NCBI GenBank assembly: GCA_037189525.1
Contig: JBBCJC010000002.1
Span: 448,001 to 512,000, forward strand
Direction of reading: 5' to 3'
Source: Gemmatimonadales bacterium
Lineage (GTDB): Bacteria > Gemmatimonadota > Gemmatimonadetes > Gemmatimonadales > GWC2-71-9
Length of the DNA stretch: 64,000 nucleotides
This document shows, one piece after another, positions 42,748 to 52,223 of this stretch (the first letter of the stretch is position 1; every line of letters starts with the position of its first letter). A program made the translations under genes and the position numbers. The notes beneath the pieces were generated by a model. The model had not been told where the DNA came from. It ran no database searches and saw nothing but the letters and a program-made list of their open reading frames with translations.

Positions 42748-44934
42748 TCAGGCCCACTTGAGTCCGGCCTTGGACAGCGGAAGCGATCGGATCCGCTTCC
42801 CCGATGCCGCGAAGATCGCGTTGCACAAGGCGGGCACCACCGGCGGAAGGGCCGGCTCTCCGATCCCGGTCGGTGAGTGGTCGCTGACCAGGAAATGGAC
42901 TTCCACCGGCGGCGATTGCGTCAGCCGGATGATGGGGAAGTCGTGATAGTTGCTTTCCTTGGCTCGGCCCTTGTCGATCGTGATCTCCTGCGCAAACGCT
43001 TCGCTCAACCCGTCGAGCACCGATCCCTCGACCTGGTTGATGGCGCCGCTCGGATTGATGATCTGTCGGCCGATGTCGCCCGCCACCCAGACTTTGTTGA
43101 CCCGGAACGTGTCCGGAGTCTTCATGGTGACCTCGACCACTTCGGCAAAGTAGCCGCGATGGCTGTAATGGAACGCGACTCCGCGCCCGGTACCCTGCGG
43201 CAGCGGCGTCTTACCCCATCCGGACTTCTCGGCCACCAGCTCGAGCACGCCGCGCATCCGGGCGGCGTCGTAGCCGCCCGGGCCTTCGCCGACCATGCGG
43301 GGATCGCCCAACAACTCGAGCCGTACTTCGACCGGATCGCGCCCGGCCGCATGTGCCAGCTCATCGATGAACGAGTGGTAGACGAAGGCGAGCGCGTTGC
43401 TGCCCGGCGCCCGAAGCGGACCGGTGGGCACGCCGAGCGGCATGACCGACGAGGCCAACTCGAAGTTGGGAATGAAGCGCGACGGAAACTCGGTCGGGGC
43501 CACACCGGCGCTCGGTGCGAAGCGTTCGCCCTCTCCGAAGCTGACGAAATGATTCTGCCACGCCGAGATCTTTCCGTTCCGGTCGACGCCGCCCTTGAGG
43601 AAGTGGAACCCCGCCGGGCGATAGAAGCCGTGCTGGGTATCGTCCTCACGGGTCCAGAGCAGTTTGACCGGCGTGCCCGCCATTTCCTTGGCGATCCACG
43701 CGGCCTCGACCATGAAATCGTTGATCAGACGGCGTCCGAAACCGCCGCCACCGCGAACCAGGTGGATGGTGATGGCCCCTTTATCGATACCCAGCGTCGA
43801 GGCCACCAGGTCGCGGCCCGGTTCGGGGTTCTGGGTCGGCGCCCAGATTTCCATGGCGCCGTCTTTGAAATGCGCGGTGCAGTTCTGCGGTTCGAGCGCG
43901 GCGTGATGCAGGAACGGGTAGTAGTACTCCGCTTCGACCACTTTGGCCGCGCTACGCAGCGCGGCGTCGACGTCGCCCTCACGATGCAGGACCCGCTGCG
44001 GTGTTTGCTTACCTAGCGTAGCGGCCGTGGCCGCAAAGCCGGCGCTCGACTGCTCGGCGGTCGGTCCTTCGTTCCAGGTCACCTCGAGTTTGCGGCGAGC
44101 CCGGATCGTGTCCCACCAGGTGTCCGCCACGATGGCCACGCCGCCGAGCAAGCCGGTCAGCGCCGTTCCGCCTTCGACGACGAACGCTTTCCGGATTCCG
44201 GGCATGGTGCGGATGACATCGAGGTTGGCCGTCGCGACCTTGCCGGCGAACACCGGGCATTTGACGAAGACGGCGTGCACCATACCGGGCACCTTCACGT
44301 CGATGCCGAACAACGGTTTGCCGGTCGTGATCTTCTTGTTGTCGACGCCGGACAGCGGCTGGCCGATGATCTTGAAGTCCTTCGGATCCTTGACCCGGAC
44401 GGTGGCCAGATCGGGCGCCGGCATGGTTGCCGCCTTGGCCGCCAGCTCGCCATAGCTCAGCTTGCGGTGCGTCTTGTGGTGATGGACCGCGTTGCCGCCG
44501 GTGCCCAGTTCACTCTCCGGCACGCCCAGCGTCGCGGCGGCCGCGGCAATCAGCATCTGCCGACCTGCCGCGCCCAGTTTGCGGAGCTCGTCGTAGTTCA
44601 TCGGAGTAGCCGTGCTGCCGCCGGCAAACTGGCGTCCGTACTTGGCGGCATCCGCATCGGCCTGCTCGATCGTCACCGTCTTCCAGTCGACATCCAGTTC
44701 CTCGGCCACCAGCATCGGCAGCATGGTGCGCACACCCTGGCCGACTTCCGGGTTCTTGGCGATGATGGTGACGACGCCCTTGGGGTCGATCCGGATGAAG
44801 TGATTCGGGGTGAAGGCGGCGGCGCTCTTGGCTCCGGCGGTCAGCGGCTCGAGATACGAACCCAGCAACAATCCGCCGCCTGCGAGCGCGGTGACCTTGA
44901 GAAACGCGCGGCGATCTACCAGGGAGGCAGTCAT
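42748..44934 (-). CDS. iorB: Molybdopterin oxidoreductase large subunit (isoquinoline 1-oxidoreductase beta-like)
   Basis: DRRAFLK Tat-like leader, EVGQG..T...M.VAEEL, GGGFGRR, GIGEP..PP..PAL.NAIF. Confidence 0.88.
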   Translation of the reverse strand: MTASLVDRRAFLKVTALAGGGLLLGSYLEPLTAGAKSAAAFTPNHFIRIDPKGVVTIIAKNPEVGQGVRTMLPMLVAEELDVDWKTVTIEQADADAAKYGRQFAGGSTATPMNYDELRKLGAAGRQMLIAAAAATLGVPESELGTGGNAVHHHKTHRKLSYGELAAKAATMPAPDLATVRVKDPKDFKIIGQPLSGVDNKKITTGKPLFGIDVKVPGMVHAVFVKCPVFAGKVATANLDVIRTMPGIRKAFVVEGGTALTGLLGGVAIVADTWWDTIRARRKLEVTWNEGPTAEQSSAGFAATAATLGKQTPQRVLHREGDVDAALRSAAKVVEAEYYYPFLHHAALEPQNCTAHFKDGAMEIWAPTQNPEPGRDLVASTLGIDKGAITIHLVRGGGGFGRRLINDFMVEAAWIAKEMAGTPVKLLWTREDDTQHGFYRPAGFHFLKGGVDRNGKISAWQNHFVSFGEGERFAPSAGVAPTEFPSRFIPNFELASSVMPLGVPTGPLRAPGSNALAFVYHSFIDELAHAAGRDPVEVRLELLGDPRMVGEGPGGYDAARMRGVLELVAEKSGWGKTPLPQGTGRGVAFHYSHRGYFAEVVEVTMKTPDTFRVNKVWVAGDIGRQIINPSGAINQVEGSVLDGLSEAFAQEITIDKGRAKESNYHDFPIIRLTQSPPVEVHFLVSDHSPTGIGEPALPPVVPALCNAIFAASGKRIRSLPLSKAGLKWA

Positions 44935-44943
44935 CGGATTCTC

Positions 44944-45462
44944 CTAACGGTCGTGGCGCTCGGTCTGGCCGAGGCGGGTCGAAGTCGCGGAGGTCGGCGC
45001 CGCACCGGCTTTGAGGTCGGCGGCGCGATGGACGGCTTTACGGATGCGCAGATAGGTTGCGCAGCGACAGAGATTACCGTTCATGGCGGCATCGATTTCG
45101 GCGTCGGTCGGTTTGCCGGTTCGTTCGAGCAGCGCGGCGGCGGTCATGATCTGACCGGCCTGGCAGTAGCCGCATTGCGGTACGTCGAGTTCGTCCCAGG
45201 CCAGCTGCAGCGGATGCGAGCCGTCGGGAGAAAGGCCTTCGATCGTCGTAATGTCGCCGTCGCGCACCGCGGAGACGGGAATCGAGCAGGAGCGCACGGG
45301 GGCGCCGCGCAGGTGGACGGTGCAGGCGCCGCACAGCGCGGAGCCGCATCCATACTTGGCGCCCACCAGATCGAGGTGTTCGCGCAGGACCCACAGCAGA
45401 GGGGTGTCGGGGGCCACATCGACGGTCCGAACCTGTCCGTTGACCTTGAGGGAGATCGCCAT
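44944..45462 (-). CDS. iorA: (2Fe-2S) small subunit (IorA-like)
   Basis: [26 protein letters not shown]. Confidence 0.92.
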   Translation of the reverse strand: MAISLKVNGQVRTVDVAPDTPLLWVLREHLDLVGAKYGCGSALCGACTVHLRGAPVRSCSIPVSAVRDGDITTIEGLSPDGSHPLQLAWDELDVPQCGYCQAGQIMTAAALLERTGKPTDAEIDAAMNGNLCRCATYLRIRKAVHRAADLKAGAAPTSATSTRLGQTERHDR

Positions 45463-45611
45463 GCCAGTCCTCCTGCAGATTCAGGGGTAACCCCTAACGA
45501 TACACCGCTCCGGGAACCGCGCCACTTCCCGATACCCGACTCCGAGAGTCACGTTTCCCTGGCGGTGAGCAGTTGTCGTCCTATCTTCTGACGAGACCTT
45601 ACGGAGAACTC

Positions 45612-46178
45612 ATGATGCGTGTTGGCGCGGGATTGTTGCTCCTCGTTTTGGCCTGTCGGAGCGCCGAGCAGCCGGTGGCCGGTCCGGTGCAGACCTTCTG
45701 GGCCGACTTGGAGCGGCTCTGCGGCAAAGCATATGGTGGACGTCTGGTCGAAGCGCCGCCGGGCGATTCCACGTTTGCCGGGCAGGCGCTGGTCATGCAG
45801 GTCCGAACCTGCAGCCCGGATGAAATCCGGATTCCCTTCCATGTCGGCGAGGACCGGTCGCGCACCTGGGTGCTCACGCGGGTGGGCGAAGGCGTGCGGC
45901 TCAAGCACGATCATCGGCATCAGGACGGGAGTGAGGACGCGGTCACCCAGTACGGCGGCGATGCGCGGTTACCGGGCCAGCCCACCCAGTTCGACTTTCC
46001 GGCCGACTCTGCCACGATCGCGATGATTCCGGCGGCGGCCACGAATGTCTGGACGGTCATCGTGGAGCCGGGTCGGTTCGTCTATGCGCTGGTCCGGGAA
46101 GGGACCGACCGCCGTTTCCGGATCGAGTTCGATCTGACCCGTGAGGTCGAGGCGCCGCCCGCTCCCTGGGGGCACTAA
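45612..46178 (+). CDS. Conserved hypothetical lipoprotein
   Basis: GGAGA SD, lipobox VLAC, RIPFHVGEDRSRTW..LKHDHRH.DG..D..TQYGG. Confidence 0.8.
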   Translation: MMRVGAGLLLLVLACRSAEQPVAGPVQTFWADLERLCGKAYGGRLVEAPPGDSTFAGQALVMQVRTCSPDEIRIPFHVGEDRSRTWVLTRVGEGVRLKHDHRHQDGSEDAVTQYGGDARLPGQPTQFDFPADSATIAMIPAAATNVWTVIVEPGRFVYALVREGTDRRFRIEFDLTREVEAPPAPWGH

Positions 46179-46308
46179 CCGCGGAGCAAGATCAAGGGGC
46201 CACCGCTCATTTTGGCGGTAACGCCTTGTCGGGCAGAGTTTTAGCCCCTTGGCAGATGGCTGGATATTGGCAGATGGGGCCGGGCTGGTCTATATTGGTC
46301 CGCCCTAC

Positions 46309-46381
<73 letters not shown>

Positions 46382-46416
46382 TTGCTGGACGAGATCGCGG
46401 TGTGCCGAACAGTCCC

Positions 46417-46451
46417 AGTGCCTGCTCGCAATGAGCGGGCACTTTGCTTTT
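46417..46451 (+). terminator. Intrinsic terminator after tRNA-Phe
   Basis: AGTGCCTGCTC-N5-GAGCGGGCACT then TTGCTTTT. Confidence 0.7.
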
Positions 46452-46477
46452 GCGGGTTACGCGTCCGTTCAGCTCTA

Positions 46478-47068
46478 CTAGGATCGGACGAACGATCGGA
46501 GCGACTGGTACTCGCCGTTGTCCGCTTGTCGTAGCGCCGCGATATAGTTTGTCCGCGCTGTCCCGGCAGTATCGATACTTGCCGAACCCCACGAAAAACG
46601 ATCGCTTCCCACCTCTGCCAGCAAGGCATCCGTCATCGCGCGTGCATGTCGACCGTTGCCGTTGGGAAACGGATGGATTCTCACGAGGAGATGGTGAAAT
46701 CTGAGGGCGATCTCGTCGGTTGCAAGGGATCCAGATTGGATTTGCTGCTTAGTGTTCTCCAATAATGTCACGAGTTGCTCCGGTACCTGAGAAGGGGTGA
46801 CGCCAATGGTCTTTTCCGTCTTTCGGAAATGACCCGCCCATGCCCAGGTACCGTCAAACATGCGCCTATGGAGTTCCCTGAGGAACTCCAGTGTAAGGAC
46901 GGATTGTGCCAAGCGACGGCGAGTCAGCCATGCTTCGGCTCTGGCGATGTTGGCCTGCTCCCATTCGTTCAACTCCTGCCGTGTCTCGATGTGAATCGGG
47001 ATCAGGCCTTCCGCCTCGTCCGGATCCAGGGGAGTCGCGCCCTGAGGTTCTGCTCCACCGTCTCTCAT
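46478..47068 (-). CDS. Mobile mystery protein B (Fic family)
   Basis: GATPLDPDE..GLIP, ELNEWEQANI, LHRRMF..TW.WAG.FR, HPFPNGNGRHAR. Confidence 0.9.
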   Translation of the reverse strand: MRDGGAEPQGATPLDPDEAEGLIPIHIETRQELNEWEQANIARAEAWLTRRRLAQSVLTLEFLRELHRRMFDGTWAWAGHFRKTEKTIGVTPSQVPEQLVTLLENTKQQIQSGSLATDEIALRFHHLLVRIHPFPNGNGRHARAMTDALLAEVGSDRFSWGSASIDTAGTARTNYIAALRQADNGEYQSLRSFVRS

Positions 47069-47553
47069 TCCTGCGGCGCTCGCTTCGACCCTCGCTGTTG
47101 TGGAAGACGCCAGAGCTGACGTTCATTGAGCAGGAGTTCCTCGACGCGCGCGCGCAGCAATGCCTGCAGCGCGTCCGGTTCCGTCGCCTGGTCCTCGAGC
47201 CGCATCGAGTGTGCAACGGCACCCAGCTCCTGAACCGCTGCTTGGTACGCTTGGTCTTCCATCGTCTTCGTCAGATCTTTTCTCGGAACGAGCGCATACA
47301 CCAGGTCACAGTGCATTTCCTCGGCGGCCTTCTGAAGTGCCGCCAGCGTCGCGGTGCCCGCTCGCTCCCGGGTTTCCAGGTCCGCAACGGCCTGTCGACT
47401 GATTCCCATTCGGGCGGCAAGTTGAGCGGCGCTCATCCCGAGGGCCTCCCTCAGGGTTCTCACCCAACCGGCGGCGGGCTTCCTTCGCTCCAGGGCGTAC
47501 CAGGGCTTCAGGCGGCGCTCGATCTGAGTTCTCAAAAGTTGGCGCGTCGTCAT
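47065..47553 (-). CDS. Mobile mystery protein A (XRE-type HTH)
   Basis: P..GWVRTLREALGMS..QLA.RMG, E..E..G..TL..L..AA, CDLVYALVP, HSMRLEDQ; ATGA overlap with protein B. Confidence 0.88.
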   Translation of the reverse strand: MTTRQLLRTQIERRLKPWYALERRKPAAGWVRTLREALGMSAAQLAARMGISRQAVADLETRERAGTATLAALQKAAEEMHCDLVYALVPRKDLTKTMEDQAYQAAVQELGAVAHSMRLEDQATEPDALQALLRARVEELLLNERQLWRLPQQRGSKRAPQE

Positions 47554-47645
47554 GGAATACTGTTCCGTGCGATAGGAGTGGATCCTTTCGCTGGCCCGTC
47601 CTCGCTAAGCGACAAACTATAGATAGCAACTAAAAGTTATTTAGT

Positions 47646-47692
47646 CAAATTATAGCTTGTCAATTTATCAGATAAAGACAAGCTATAATTTG
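47646..47692. repeat. Near-perfect AT-rich palindrome (putative operator)
   Basis: CAAATTATAGCTTGTC-aa-TTTATC-a-GATAAA-GACAAGCTATAATTTG. Confidence 0.85.
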
Positions 47693-47824
47693 TCAAATAT
47701 ATCTCATTTCATATGTAATCCATTGATTATCAGCAGGTTACGTATGGCAATATGAACGCATTACGCTCCATCGATATTATTCCCTAAGTCATTGATTCAA
47801 TCAACGATTGAGGTAATTTGATGA

Positions 47825-48169
47825 ATGTCTGAGACCAAGATGGACCTACTGCTCGGGACCCTCGATCTCCTGGTGCTGCGGGCGTTGTCGTTCGGACCAT
47901 CACACGGCTACGCCGTCGCGCGATTCATTCGGCAGGGATCCGGGGAAACGTTCCGAATCCTGGATGGCGCGTTGTACACGTCGCTTCACCGGCTGGAAAG
48001 CCGAGGCGCCGTGACCTCCTACTGGGGTCTCTCGGATCGCGGCAAGCGCGCCAAGTTTTACGAGCTCACGGTACTGGGCAAGAAAGAACTGGGTGACCAA
48101 GCAGCGTCCTGGGCTCGATACACCGCTGCGGTCGGCAGGGTGCTGCACGCAACGCCCCAACCGTCATAG
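47825..48169 (+). CDS. PadR-family regulator (TIGR03433 type)
   Basis: LLLGTLDLLVL..HGY..GALYTSLHRLE..WGLSDRGKRAKFY. Confidence 0.9.
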   Translation: MSETKMDLLLGTLDLLVLRALSFGPSHGYAVARFIRQGSGETFRILDGALYTSLHRLESRGAVTSYWGLSDRGKRAKFYELTVLGKKELGDQAASWARYTAAVGRVLHATPQPS

Positions 48170-48177
48170 AGGTCACC

Positions 48178-50838
48178 ATGTCCGATCCGGCCGAACCGAT
48201 CTGGCGTCGCTACCTCCGATTCTTCGGACCGGACCTGCGTAAGGACATCGACGACGAGATCGCGTTCCACCTGGATGAGCGAATCGAGGATCTGCGGCAG
48301 CAGGGACTCGATGCGGAAAGCGCACGCCGGATCGCGCTCGAAGAATTCGGTAATCTTGCCTCCGTTCGGGGCGCTCTCGAACGAATCGATCGTCAAACGG
48401 CCAATCGACGCCGCCGCCGATCCCGCATCCGGGCCGTCTGGGATGGGATATGGTCGGATCTGCGATTCGCAGTACGCAGCTTACGCAATGTTCCGGGCCT
48501 GACCGCGGCGGCAGCCGGCTCGATTGCGCTGGCAATCGCTGTTAACATGACGATGTTTGCCAGCGTGGATATGATCCTGCGGCCCTTTTCCGTAGCGGAG
48601 CCCGACAGGTTGGTGCGGATCTGGTCGTCTCAGTTGCAACACGGTTGGGATCGAGTGCAAACCTCTCTGCTCGATTTCTATGAATGGCGCGATCGCCTGA
48701 CCTCGGTCGACGTCGGTGCCAGCCGAGGGATCGCCTACAACTGGGCCGATGGTGATGACGCCGAGCGAATCTATGGTGTAGAAATCACGGCGGGATACCT
48801 GGCGCTGCATGCGGTGCCTGTCCTGCTTGGTCGGGAGTTCGATCGGTCCGACGAAACCGCCGCAGTCCCCGTCGCGATGATAGGAGAGCGATTCTGGAGG
48901 GATCGATTTGGGGCGGATCGGAACGTCCTGGGCCGCGCCATACGACTCGATGGTCAGCCCTACGCCGTCGTTGGAGTCGTGTCGGGGCGGTACGACCTTC
49001 CGGGTCGGCTCCCCGGTGACGATGTCTGGGTTCCGCTGGCTCTCTCGCCAGAGGAAACCCGGGCCAGCCGAAGTGCCACCGTGCTCGGCCGGTTGCGTCC
49101 CGGCGCCACGCTCGAGATGGTCCGGTCCGAACTCATGACGTTGGTAAAGCAGCAGGAGCTGGAGTATCCCGCCACCAATCAGGGGGTCGGCGTCCTGGTG
49201 AGCAGCGTGTGGGATGACGAAGTCAGTCCCGAAGCCCGGAGGATGGCGTTGGCGCTGCTCGTGGCCGTCGCGTTGGTTTTGCTGATTGCCTGCACCAATG
49301 TGACGAATCTCCTCCTGGCGCGGACCGTCGAGCGCCATCAGGAGCTCACGATTCGCTCCGCGCTGGGCGCTGCACAGGGTCGCATCGTGCGCCTGATACT
49401 GACCGAAGGCGTGGTGATCGCGGCCGCGGGTGGAGCGTTGGGCTTCGTCTTTGCGGCTGCGGGCCTGGCCTGGCTGAGTCGTGTCAGCGGGACCAATGAA
49501 CTCGGCCATGGGTTCGTCTTCGCGTTCTCGCCTCGCCTCGTTGTCTACGGACTTGCGGTTACCGTCGGCGCGGCGCTGCTGGTCGGTATCTTACCTGCTC
49601 GGCGCCGAGCCTCCCATCTCCCCAGTCAACTGCAGGTCAGTCACCGCACTCAGAGCGCCGGTCGCCATCGCGGGAGACTCCGCAGCGTGCTGGTCGGCAG
49701 TCAGGTTGCGATGGCCGCGGTGCTGCTGACCGTTGCCGGGCTCGCCATCAAGTCGAATCTCCGGTTGCTCCGAACCGAGACGGGCGTTGCACCGAATGCC
49801 GGAGTCACCTTCTCGACGGTGCTATCGACCCGGGAGTTTCCCGATTCGGTCCGAGTCGTCGCCCTCGCTGAGGCTATCGGGGAACGCCTGCGTACGATTC
49901 CCGGTGTCGAGATTGTGGGGATCGGGTCGACACTTCCGATCCGGCCCTCAGTCGCCGGGGTGTACTTCACAACTGACGTGCATCCGGATCTCCCGGCGCA
50001 GAACCGACCGGTGGCGCAACTGAATGCGGTTGACGACGACTACTTTCGCAGCTGGGGCATTCGGCTCGTCGCTGGTCGTTTCCTGGCACCGAGTGACCGA
50101 TTCGAGTCGGCCCGGGTGGTCGTGGTGAACGAACAGTTGGCGAAGCAACACTGGCCTAGCGATGATCCGATCGGCCGAAAGTTGCGTTTTGCCGGCGGCG
50201 ACTGGCTGGTCGTGGGTGTGGCTGCCGACGTTCGTCAGCTGGGCATTCAACGCCCCGCCCCGCAGGCGGTGTACGTACCGATGGCGCAGAGGCCAAGTCG
50301 GACCATCCACTATACGCTGATCAGTACCGCCCCGATCGACCAGCTCACTCGGCAGGTACGTATGGCAGTGGCAGCGGTGGCGCCGGGGCAGCCAATCATC
50401 AAACTCGAGGCGCTCGATGCGCATGTCGCGCGCGTCCTTCGTGAACCGCGTCTCATTGCCGAGTTGTTCGGGTTGTTGGGCATCGTCGGCGTAGTGCTGG
50501 CGGTGTTGGGGGTCTACGCGATGACGGCCTTCATGGTCAGCCAGCGGACTTCCGAAATCGGCGTCCGGCGCGCCCTTGGTGCCGGGACTCGGGAAGTGAT
50601 GATCGCCGTGCTTCTAACCGGGGCGGGCACGCTTCTGATTGGCGGAGGGATTGGCATCGGACTCGCCTTGGTACTGACCCGATTCCTTGCGACACTCCTG
50701 TACGGCACTAACCCGCACGACCCTGCGGTCTTCCTGGGCGTGATTGGTGTGCTGTCGGGCGCGGCCATCCTGGCGATGCTGATACCCGCCCGGCGTGCTG
50801 TTCGGATCGACCCGGTTGTCGCGCTCCGTCAGGAATAG
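48178..50838 (+). CDS. Duplicated orphan ABC permease (ADOP)
   Basis: WRRYLRFFGPD..DIDDEIAFH prefix, DLRFAVRSL, LLIACTNVTNLLL, EIGVRRALGA, PARRAVRIDPVVALRQE. Confidence 0.92.
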   Translation: MSDPAEPIWRRYLRFFGPDLRKDIDDEIAFHLDERIEDLRQQGLDAESARRIALEEFGNLASVRGALERIDRQTANRRRRRSRIRAVWDGIWSDLRFAVRSLRNVPGLTAAAAGSIALAIAVNMTMFASVDMILRPFSVAEPDRLVRIWSSQLQHGWDRVQTSLLDFYEWRDRLTSVDVGASRGIAYNWADGDDAERIYGVEITAGYLALHAVPVLLGREFDRSDETAAVPVAMIGERFWRDRFGADRNVLGRAIRLDGQPYAVVGVVSGRYDLPGRLPGDDVWVPLALSPEETRASRSATVLGRLRPGATLEMVRSELMTLVKQQELEYPATNQGVGVLVSSVWDDEVSPEARRMALALLVAVALVLLIACTNVTNLLLARTVERHQELTIRSALGAAQGRIVRLILTEGVVIAAAGGALGFVFAAAGLAWLSRVSGTNELGHGFVFAFSPRLVVYGLAVTVGAALLVGILPARRRASHLPSQLQVSHRTQSAGRHRGRLRSVLVGSQVAMAAVLLTVAGLAIKSNLRLLRTETGVAPNAGVTFSTVLSTREFPDSVRVVALAEAIGERLRTIPGVEIVGIGSTLPIRPSVAGVYFTTDVHPDLPAQNRPVAQLNAVDDDYFRSWGIRLVAGRFLAPSDRFESARVVVVNEQLAKQHWPSDDPIGRKLRFAGGDWLVVGVAADVRQLGIQRPAPQAVYVPMAQRPSRTIHYTLISTAPIDQLTRQVRMAVAAVAPGQPIIKLEALDAHVARVLREPRLIAELFGLLGIVGVVLAVLGVYAMTAFMVSQRTSEIGVRRALGAGTREVMIAVLLTGAGTLLIGGGIGIGLALVLTRFLATLLYGTNPHDPAVFLGVIGVLSGAAILAMLIPARRAVRIDPVVALRQE

Positions 50839-50950
50839 GCACCGGTTTCGTGCGAAGAAATCACGAACCGATACGGCGGAAGCGCGTCTGGCGTGACCGA
50901 ACTTTCCCTGCCGCAACGACTCCCGGTGTCACGCCGCAGGAGCGAACTCG

Positions 50951-52027
50951 TCAGCGACCGCGCACGAACCAGGTCGCTTCCTGGGCCGCGGCCCGAAACA
51001 GTCCGCGCGCCGCCAGTACCAGCGGCGACCCTCCGCTGAATGCCGCCGCAATCGCGCGGAGCGAGCCGACCGAAAACCGCGGCTCATTGCTGACGGCGTA
51101 GACGGGATCCCATCGTTCGGGGTCGAATTTGGCCTTGAAGGCGTCGAGCCCATCGAAGTTGTAAAAACGGCGCCCATGCGCGCGCGCCCAGGCGGTTGCT
51201 GCGGACCATAACCACCCCTTCGGTTGGTCGTGGGATGGCGCGCGGCGTGACAGCGGTGCCAGACCGAGCGTCAGATACTGGGCGCCTTCCTGCGCCAGTG
51301 CCCGGACCGCCCCGTCGATGACGAGTTCCACACAGCCGTTCGGCGCGGCCGGATCCCGGATGAACTGCTCGATCAGCCACCCGGATCGGGTCGGCACCGG
51401 CGACGCCACCACGAAACTCAGCGGGACTCCTGCGCGCTCGGCCACGAAGATGCGTCGGTCTTCCAGGTGGGCCAGCGTTTCAGGCTCGACCAGAAAGTGA
51501 AGCGGTGGCAATCCTCTCGTCGCCAGCCACCGCTCGAGGCAGCGCGCCAGGGCGGGATGGTTCTCCGCCACCTGCGGCGGCCATTCCCGAACCGTGATGC
51601 CCTTGTTCCGGGCCCGGTGCAACTGCGCACGTAGCGAGCTGTGCCCGTCCAGTCGCTCCGCCCACCGCCCGGGTTGCCACGAGGGACTGGCGCCCAGCGG
51701 GAGGAAGGCGTGGTGCGGGTCGTCGCGGTAGAGCGACTCGATCCGTCCCTCCGCTCCGAAATAACAGACACGCTGGCCTCGAGCCCGCGCATCCGCTTCG
51801 AACTCGGCGGCGACATTGGCCAGGTCCGCGTGTGGGCAGATGGGCGCCCCCGCGACGACACGAGTACCCGCGGCCGTTACATAGCCGATCACGCCCGGTG
51901 CGATAGACGGGAACCAGTGCCGGATGCCGGGGTTCAGAATCTGGTACGCCGTACTGGTCCACCCATACTGAAGGACCAGTTCACGAGCCCGGGGCAAGGT
52001 CGACATTTCATGGATGGAAGTCGCCAT
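50951..52027 (-). CDS. DUF2156 / MprF-type aminoacyl-phosphatidylglycerol synthase domain protein (stand-alone)
   Basis: VVAGAPIC, LRAQLHRARNKG, RDP.APNG..E, LTLGLAPL, FYNFDGL.AFKAKF.P..W.P.Y. Confidence 0.8.
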   Translation of the reverse strand: MATSIHEMSTLPRARELVLQYGWTSTAYQILNPGIRHWFPSIAPGVIGYVTAAGTRVVAGAPICPHADLANVAAEFEADARARGQRVCYFGAEGRIESLYRDDPHHAFLPLGASPSWQPGRWAERLDGHSSLRAQLHRARNKGITVREWPPQVAENHPALARCLERWLATRGLPPLHFLVEPETLAHLEDRRIFVAERAGVPLSFVVASPVPTRSGWLIEQFIRDPAAPNGCVELVIDGAVRALAQEGAQYLTLGLAPLSRRAPSHDQPKGWLWSAATAWARAHGRRFYNFDGLDAFKAKFDPERWDPVYAVSNEPRFSVGSLRAIAAAFSGGSPLVLAARGLFRAAAQEATWFVRGR

Positions 52028-52223
52028 CTCGCGAGGAAGGTAGCCGGTTGCAGTGGGAGCGAGAGAGGTGCGCGAAACACTTCAGGCAACGTCCGGCCGA
52101 GTGCGGCCCCAATCCTGCTGGGTGTGACTGCGCTCGTGTTCGATCGTCCGAGCAAGGAAGTACTTCCTCGCCATAGCGGATCGGCGCTGACACTGCGTAT
52201 CGAGCGGAATGCTCACGGGATAG

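Larger units (their letters stand above)
46382..50950. mobile_element. Possible tRNA-Phe-anchored genomic islet (no integrase visible)
   Basis: Starts at the tRNA 3' end, visibly more A/T-ending codons, mobile mystery genes, very AT-rich 47590-47825; right boundary and att site not identified. Confidence 0.35.

Noticed and set aside
50839..50950. Possible attR copy of the tRNA-Phe 3' end (ACGACTCCC)
   Set aside because: Match is too short; the region is better explained as a weak hairpin between convergent genes
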